Below, one piece after another: positions 61,083-64,000 of a stretch of 64,000 nt of DNA. Source of the stretch: Pseudomonadota bacterium (GTDB taxonomy: Bacteria > Bdellovibrionota_B > Oligoflexia > Silvanigrellales > Silvanigrellaceae); NCBI GenBank assembly GCA_039799905.1, contig JBDLRP010000036.1:32001-96000 (forward strand). The letters are read 5' to 3'. The translations under genes and the position numbers were made by a program. Under the pieces are notes generated by a model. That model saw only the letters and a list, made by a program, of their open reading frames with translations. It did not search any database and was not told the DNA's origin. Position 1 is the stretch's first letter. Each line of letters starts with the position of its first letter.

Positions 61083-62426
61083 TCAGGATAGTGGGCGCAG
61101 TTCCTTAAGCCTTTCACGAATCATGTTGGTGACGTTTCCGGCCTCATCTTGATTGCTGGCCTGTTGTGACTGTGATTGCGTCAGGGTTCTTTTGCTCTCT
61201 TGCTCAAACGCGTTTGCAAGGTACTTGGGGAATGCGGCGCGGGTCTGTTTCATGGTAGATTCACGTTTGCCTTCTTCGGCAGGCGGAATTTCTGCCATCC
61301 TTCTTTCAGTGCTTCTGGATTCGCCTGTGCGTGCTGTGGATGTGGAGGACACCGCAGGAGCGTCTGCTTGTTCCTCATTTCTGCTGGGCTTGTTGCGGAG
61401 ATTTTTTTCGCGGAGATTTTTCAGGGCACCCATCAGCATCTCCGAACGAGCTAGCGCGGTTTCCTCACCGGCCGATTCGCCGCCTTGTGCTGAGGATGCC
61501 ACCAACTTGACCGGCTCATCCTGATTTGCACGTTGGGTGACCTTTCTTTTGCGCGGCTCTTCACCGCCTCCGTCGTCGACTAATGCAAGATTCCCGCGAT
61601 TTTGACCCGAAAGCTCCGTCAACATCGTAATTCCGTGTTCCGTCGATGCGAGTGCGACTTCCTTGTCACGGATGCGGACGAGGATGATCTGACGTTTGGG
61701 AGAGAGTGCCATGGAGGTAATGAGCTGAAGTTGTTTCTCAGTTCTTCCTGTGCTGAAGCCGCGTCCTTGTTTGATACGAACTGCCATCACGCCAGTCGCC
61801 GCAATGCCGAGTATGAGGAAGGTTCCTGCAAGTAAGGTCGTCCAAGGAAAACTCTCTGTCTGGCCAATCGGCAACAATTGTGTTTGAAGTGCTGCTCCGT
61901 TGGGTACCATGCTTCCTGCATTCGCGCCCGAAGTGGTAGCGCCCTCAGTGGATTTAGCAGTCTCTATTTGATTCGTCTGCGGTGTTTCAGGCTGCGCGAT
62001 GCTTGCCTGAGCCGCGCTCGCAGCGGGGGAGCTTGGGTTTGCAGCGGTTGGGTTTGGTGTTGTCGTATTAGTTGTCGTGGGCGAAGTGCTGCCTGCATTG
62101 TTTGAGTTTTCAGACGCATTTGGTATGGCATTCACTTGTTGCGCTGCCGGTGCGGTGGTCATTTTTGTTTCGTTGCCCGCGCTGTCGGGCTTCTTCGCCT
62201 GCAGCTCGAAGGTTGCGCCCTGTGTTGGGGTCTCGGGTGATGGAATTGGTGGAACAACTGCGTTGGCAGTCTTGGTCGCGCCCGTGATTGTCTGGACTGA
62301 CGATTTGTTTGCATCATTAGCCGAAGCTGATTGGAGCAGTAGAAGCGAAGACGGCACCAGCCAGACTGTTGCAGCCGCTCTCGCGAGAGTCTCTCTTATG
62401 CTGTTTGAACGGAATAAGTTGTTCAT
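61083..62426 (-). CDS. fliO: FliO-domain protein with long low-complexity extensions
   Basis: Between fliN and fliP; TM helix followed by LQLITSMALSPKRQIILVRIRDKEVALASTEHGITMLTEL (FliO core). Confidence 0.8.
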   Translation of the reverse strand: MNNLFRSNSIRETLARAAATVWLVPSSLLLLQSASANDANKSSVQTITGATKTANAVVPPIPSPETPTQGATFELQAKKPDSAGNETKMTTAPAAQQVNAIPNASENSNNAGSTSPTTTNTTTPNPTAANPSSPAASAAQASIAQPETPQTNQIETAKSTEGATTSGANAGSMVPNGAALQTQLLPIGQTESFPWTTLLAGTFLILGIAATGVMAVRIKQGRGFSTGRTEKQLQLITSMALSPKRQIILVRIRDKEVALASTEHGITMLTELSGQNRGNLALVDDGGGEEPRKRKVTQRANQDEPVKLVASSAQGGESAGEETALARSEMLMGALKNLREKNLRNKPSRNEEQADAPAVSSTSTARTGESRSTERRMAEIPPAEEGKRESTMKQTRAAFPKYLANAFEQESKRTLTQSQSQQASNQDEAGNVTNMIRERLKELRPLS

Positions 62427-62454
62427 CTGGTAACCTCGAGAGTGTTATTTCGTC

Positions 62455-62859
62455 TCAGACTGCTTCTGGAGTGGAAACGTCATCGATGCCCAGTCCGCTC
62501 ATGACGTCGGTCAGACGCACACCGAATTTTTCGTTGACGACAACCACTTCTCCCATCGCGACCAGCTTGTCGTTGACGTAAATTTCCATTGGTTCACCGG
62601 CCATCTTGTCGAGCTCGATAACTGAACCCTGTCCCAGCTGTAGGAGGTCGTTGACCAGCAATTTCGTGCGGCCGAGTTCAACAGTCACTTTAAGCGGCAC
62701 GTCGAGAACCATCTTCATTTTTGAAAGATCGATCCGGCTCATCGGGCTATCTTCATGAAATTTGGCGGGAGAGCCCTGTTCCGGAGCAGACGATTCACCA
62801 AGTGCCTTGCTATCGAGGCCAAAATCTTCCGGACTGAATCCCTGATTGTTGTCTTCCAT
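62455..62859 (-). CDS. fliN: Flagellar motor switch protein FliN
   Basis: LDVPLKVTVELGRT, LLQLGQGSVIELDK.AGEP, GEVVVVNEKFGVRLTD. Confidence 0.97.
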   Translation of the reverse strand: MEDNNQGFSPEDFGLDSKALGESSAPEQGSPAKFHEDSPMSRIDLSKMKMVLDVPLKVTVELGRTKLLVNDLLQLGQGSVIELDKMAGEPMEIYVNDKLVAMGEVVVVNEKFGVRLTDVMSGLGIDDVSTPEAV

Positions 62860-63842
62860 TAGATGTCTCCCACAGTTTCCGTGATTTTGACTGCTCTGTT
62901 GCCGCGGACGATGCCGGGAACGCCTCTGTATTTGTGGATGCCCTCGACAGTAATATCGAGTGGTTTGTTGGCCTCGTGATCGAGAATGATGATGTCTCCA
63001 ACCGAGAGTTCCATCATGTCACGAAGGTTGATCCATGCTGTTCCGAGTGTGCACGAAATATTGACGTGCGTGCCAAGAAGCTGATTTTTAATTCGGTTGA
63101 TCCAGATGTGGTCGACCTCGAGCTGTTCATTTTGGAAGCCGACGCTGAGCTTGGATTTGATTGGTTCGAGGGTTGAATACGGAATGACCAGTTTGATTGA
63201 GCCGCTCATCTTCTCGAGTTCAACGTCGAAGGTTGTCGAGATGACGACATCCGAAGGCGGAACGACCGCAACAAACTGTGGGTTTATTTCAGTACGTGAG
63301 TAATGAATCTTCAGAGGAAAGACCGGCGCCCAAGCCTTCTCGAGGTCGTCGATTGCCGCCATGACGATCCGGCGGGCAATTTTGATTTCGATTTGTGTGA
63401 AGTCTTTGCCTTCGATTTTTGTATAGGGAACTTCACCGCCGCCGAAAAGACTGTCCACCAGTCCGTAAAGCAACTTCGCTTCGATGACCATCACGGCTGA
63501 GCCGCGCAACGGGTCGACACGCAGAATGTTCAGACAGCTCGGCAGCGGAAGGCTGTTCATAAATTCACCGAATTTGATGGGCCCGCTGCTGTTGACGCCG
63601 ATGTTCGCGACTTTGCGCAGTGCTGCGGAGAGCGACACGCGGAAGAGTCGGATGAAACGGTCATGAATGATGTCAAGAGTCGGCATTCGTCCGCGGATGA
63701 TCCGGTCCTGATTCGTCAGGTCATAGCGGACAAAATTCGAATCGTGCGCCTTGTCGTCATGCTCCTGAGTGTCAATGCGTCCATCCGAGACCGCATTTAA
63801 TAGAGCGTCGACTTCACTTTGACTGAGTACTTGTTGTTCCAT
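62859..63842 (-). CDS. fliM: Flagellar motor switch protein FliM
   Basis: LSQSEVDALL CheY-binding motif, RIIRGRMPTL, LFGG, EINPQF, IPYSTLEPI. Confidence 0.97.
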   Translation of the reverse strand: MEQQVLSQSEVDALLNAVSDGRIDTQEHDDKAHDSNFVRYDLTNQDRIIRGRMPTLDIIHDRFIRLFRVSLSAALRKVANIGVNSSGPIKFGEFMNSLPLPSCLNILRVDPLRGSAVMVIEAKLLYGLVDSLFGGGEVPYTKIEGKDFTQIEIKIARRIVMAAIDDLEKAWAPVFPLKIHYSRTEINPQFVAVVPPSDVVISTTFDVELEKMSGSIKLVIPYSTLEPIKSKLSVGFQNEQLEVDHIWINRIKNQLLGTHVNISCTLGTAWINLRDMMELSVGDIIILDHEANKPLDITVEGIHKYRGVPGIVRGNRAVKITETVGDI

Positions 63843-63845
63843 GTC

Positions 63846-64000
63846 TCACTCCACCAAAAAGTCTGTGAAGTAGATGGTCTTCACCGGACGCTCGAAAGAC
63901 TCATTGATTTTATTGATGAGCTCGCGTCGCAGTTTTTCTTTTCCGCGTTCTGTCAGGAGATCAAGTCTGGTGCGCGTGCTGACTGAGCTGATGATGATGT
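63846..64000 (-). CDS. fliL: Flagellar basal-body protein FliL (3' part only, truncated by the window edge)
   Basis: Manual translation ..IIISSVSTRTRLDLLTERGKEKLRRELINKINESFERPVKTIYFTDFLVE* matches the FliL C-terminus; directly upstream of fliM. Confidence 0.88.
   Translation of the reverse strand, partial: IIISSVSTRTRLDLLTERGKEKLRRELINKINESFERPVKTIYFTDFLVE

Overview
A bacterial core-genome window with no rRNA, tRNA, CRISPR array or mobile element that I can see. Gene content and divergence suggest a Bdellovibrionota/Oligoflexia-like or related former-deltaproteobacterial organism (inference only). Layout: (1) 1-6.2 kb has two orphan exported proteins, a spirochaete/archaeal-type cytidylate kinase and a full-length plant-type methionine S-methyltransferase (MMT). 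(2) 6.3-31.4 kb is the ribosomal/RNA polymerase supercluster: rplK-A-J-L, rpoBC, then the S10, spc and alpha operons. secE-nusG, rpsL-rpsG-fusA-tuf, rplX and map are missing from their usual places. (3) 31.5-50.8 kb is mixed: rlmM-like methyltransferase, hutH, two large membrane proteins with a degenerate sulfatase-like fold, SDR, phosphoglucomutase, adenosine deaminase family, a GYF-PilZ protein and tandem OmpA-family genes. (4) 50.8-64 kb is a minus-strand flagellar operon, fliL(partial)-M-N-O-P-Q-R-flhB-A-F-G-fliA-cheY, plus accessory genes. The best leads are the MMT, whose C-terminal aminotransferase domain keeps the PLP-binding lysine and may make it bifunctional; an apparently remodelled ribosomal exit tunnel (L24 absent with a KOW-like remnant on L5, and strongly altered L3, L4, L22, L23, L29); and substitutions at normally invariant RNA polymerase positions. 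All family assignments come from motif recognition, and comparisons with reference proteins are from memory; no database search was run.
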